DNA of 60,452 bases, counting the filler. It is 3 parts of 3 records of this genome, joined end to end, with 100 filler letters (N's around TTAATTAATTAA, not from the genome) between each part and the next. Parts side by side here need not be neighbours in the genome. Positions count along the whole stretch, not along the records: positions 40,600 to 60,452 come from SRR20825006_1558; 2 more parts are not named here. One strand, written 5' to 3'. The notes under the pieces were generated by a model. It was not told the DNA's origin. It searched no databases and saw only the letters and a program-made list of their open reading frames with translations. Positions within the stretch are counted from its first letter, which is position 1. Every line of letters begins with the position of its first letter. The position numbers and the translations under genes are program-made. Of this stretch, positions 60,015 to 60,452 are shown one piece after another.

Positions 60015-60077
60015 GGAAAAATTCCTATTTAATTGAAATTTTAAAGAGATTGAACACCTAGAGGCGGAATATTTCCG
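60015..60077. promoter_or_regulatory. two GGA-N5-TCC boxes (putative Bacteroidota SOS boxes)
   Basis: GGAAAAATTCC at 60015-60025 and CGGAATATTTCCG at 60065-60077, upstream of recA. Confidence 0.6.
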
Positions 60078-60100
60078 AATAAAATTTAACATCTACCAAA

Positions 60101-60127
60101 GCAACCTCTTGCGTAAGTATGTATCTA
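60101..60127 (+). promoter_or_regulatory. second copy of the putative ECF promoter
   Basis: GCAACC-N14-GTATCTA, same boxes and spacing as 58828-58854. Confidence 0.7.
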
Positions 60128-60132
60128 AATGT

Positions 60133-60325
60133 AAAACCTTATGTACTATGGTGCAGAAAGTTAAGCAAATACATTGCGTAAATAAGGGCTGCGTCGGCAT
60201 TCCTTATTTTTGCAATATAAGATTGGACGGCGGTTAGCGGTGTTATGTTGATGAAATCAAATAATATATAACCTGAATTAGCCGTTCAAGAAAAATGCCC
60301 CCGAGAAACTCGCGGGCATTTTTTT
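60133..60325 (+). ncRNA. candidate ECF-dependent small RNA
   Basis: Promoter, hairpins at 60173-60216 and 60223-60289 with G-U pairs on +, and a terminator; no ORF over 29 aa found. 5' end approximate. Confidence 0.6.
60291..60325 (+). terminator. intrinsic terminator
   Basis: AAAAATGCCC-c-CGAG-aaa-CTCG-c-GGGCATTTTTTT. Confidence 0.8.
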
Positions 60326-60429
60326 GTTTTGTAGTGAGACAAGTTTTAAAACACACGGAGCTATTCTTGCAGCTAATGACTTAAAAATGCTACTTTTGCG
60401 CCACTTTTAACCTTAAAATTAAGTATAGC

Positions 60430-60452
60430 ATGCAACTGTACAACAAATTAAG
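60430..60452 (+). CDS. start of next gene, possibly rhodanese-related tRNA hydroxylase (TrhO-like)
   Basis: Only MQLYNKL is visible; TACTTTTG -7 element at 60391-60398. Confidence 0.45.

Noticed and set aside
1-60452. CRISPR arrays, tRNA/rRNA genes, transposases, integrases, reverse transcriptases or phage genes
   Set aside because: None recognised by eye. In particular there is no RT near the Avd-like gene, so a diversity-generating retroelement is not supported.

Overview
This window is three unrelated contigs joined by two artificial 100-nt linkers (N44-TTAATTAATTAA-N44 at 27894-27993 and 40500-40599). Segment 1 (1-27893) is Flavobacteriaceae core chromosome: recQ 3' end, cysteine desulfurase, zapA-6S RNA-rny, DUF349, aroE, two DUF368 genes, dps, purA, fur, relA/spoT and a DinB-family gene with a nonsense codon. 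Segment 2 (27994-40499) is a more GC-rich alphaproteobacterial fragment (Thalassospira-like, by inference). It carries a CoA-transferase/citryl-CoA-lyase/IclR/TctCBA/MCP/AbrB tricarboxylate cluster and ectR-ectABC'. Segment 3 (40600-60452) is a second Flavobacteriaceae fragment running from atpA to recA. Four signals stand out. (i) An ECF sigma / dual-membrane-spanning anti-sigma / lipoprotein operon has a promoter motif, GCAACC-N14-GTATCTA, that recurs exactly in front of an unannotated, structured, terminator-ended ~190-nt RNA divergent from recA; a second structured, possibly pseudoknotted RNA lies in the operon's 3' region. (ii) A four-helix-bundle gene sits between atpA and atpG inside imperfect inverted repeats. 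(iii) Identically spaced Crp/Fnr-like boxes lie upstream of dps and a CBS gene. (iv) There is a putative CoA-dependent citrate-cleavage module with readable IclR and OmpR-type operators. All family names come from motif recognition by eye; no searches or folding programs were run.
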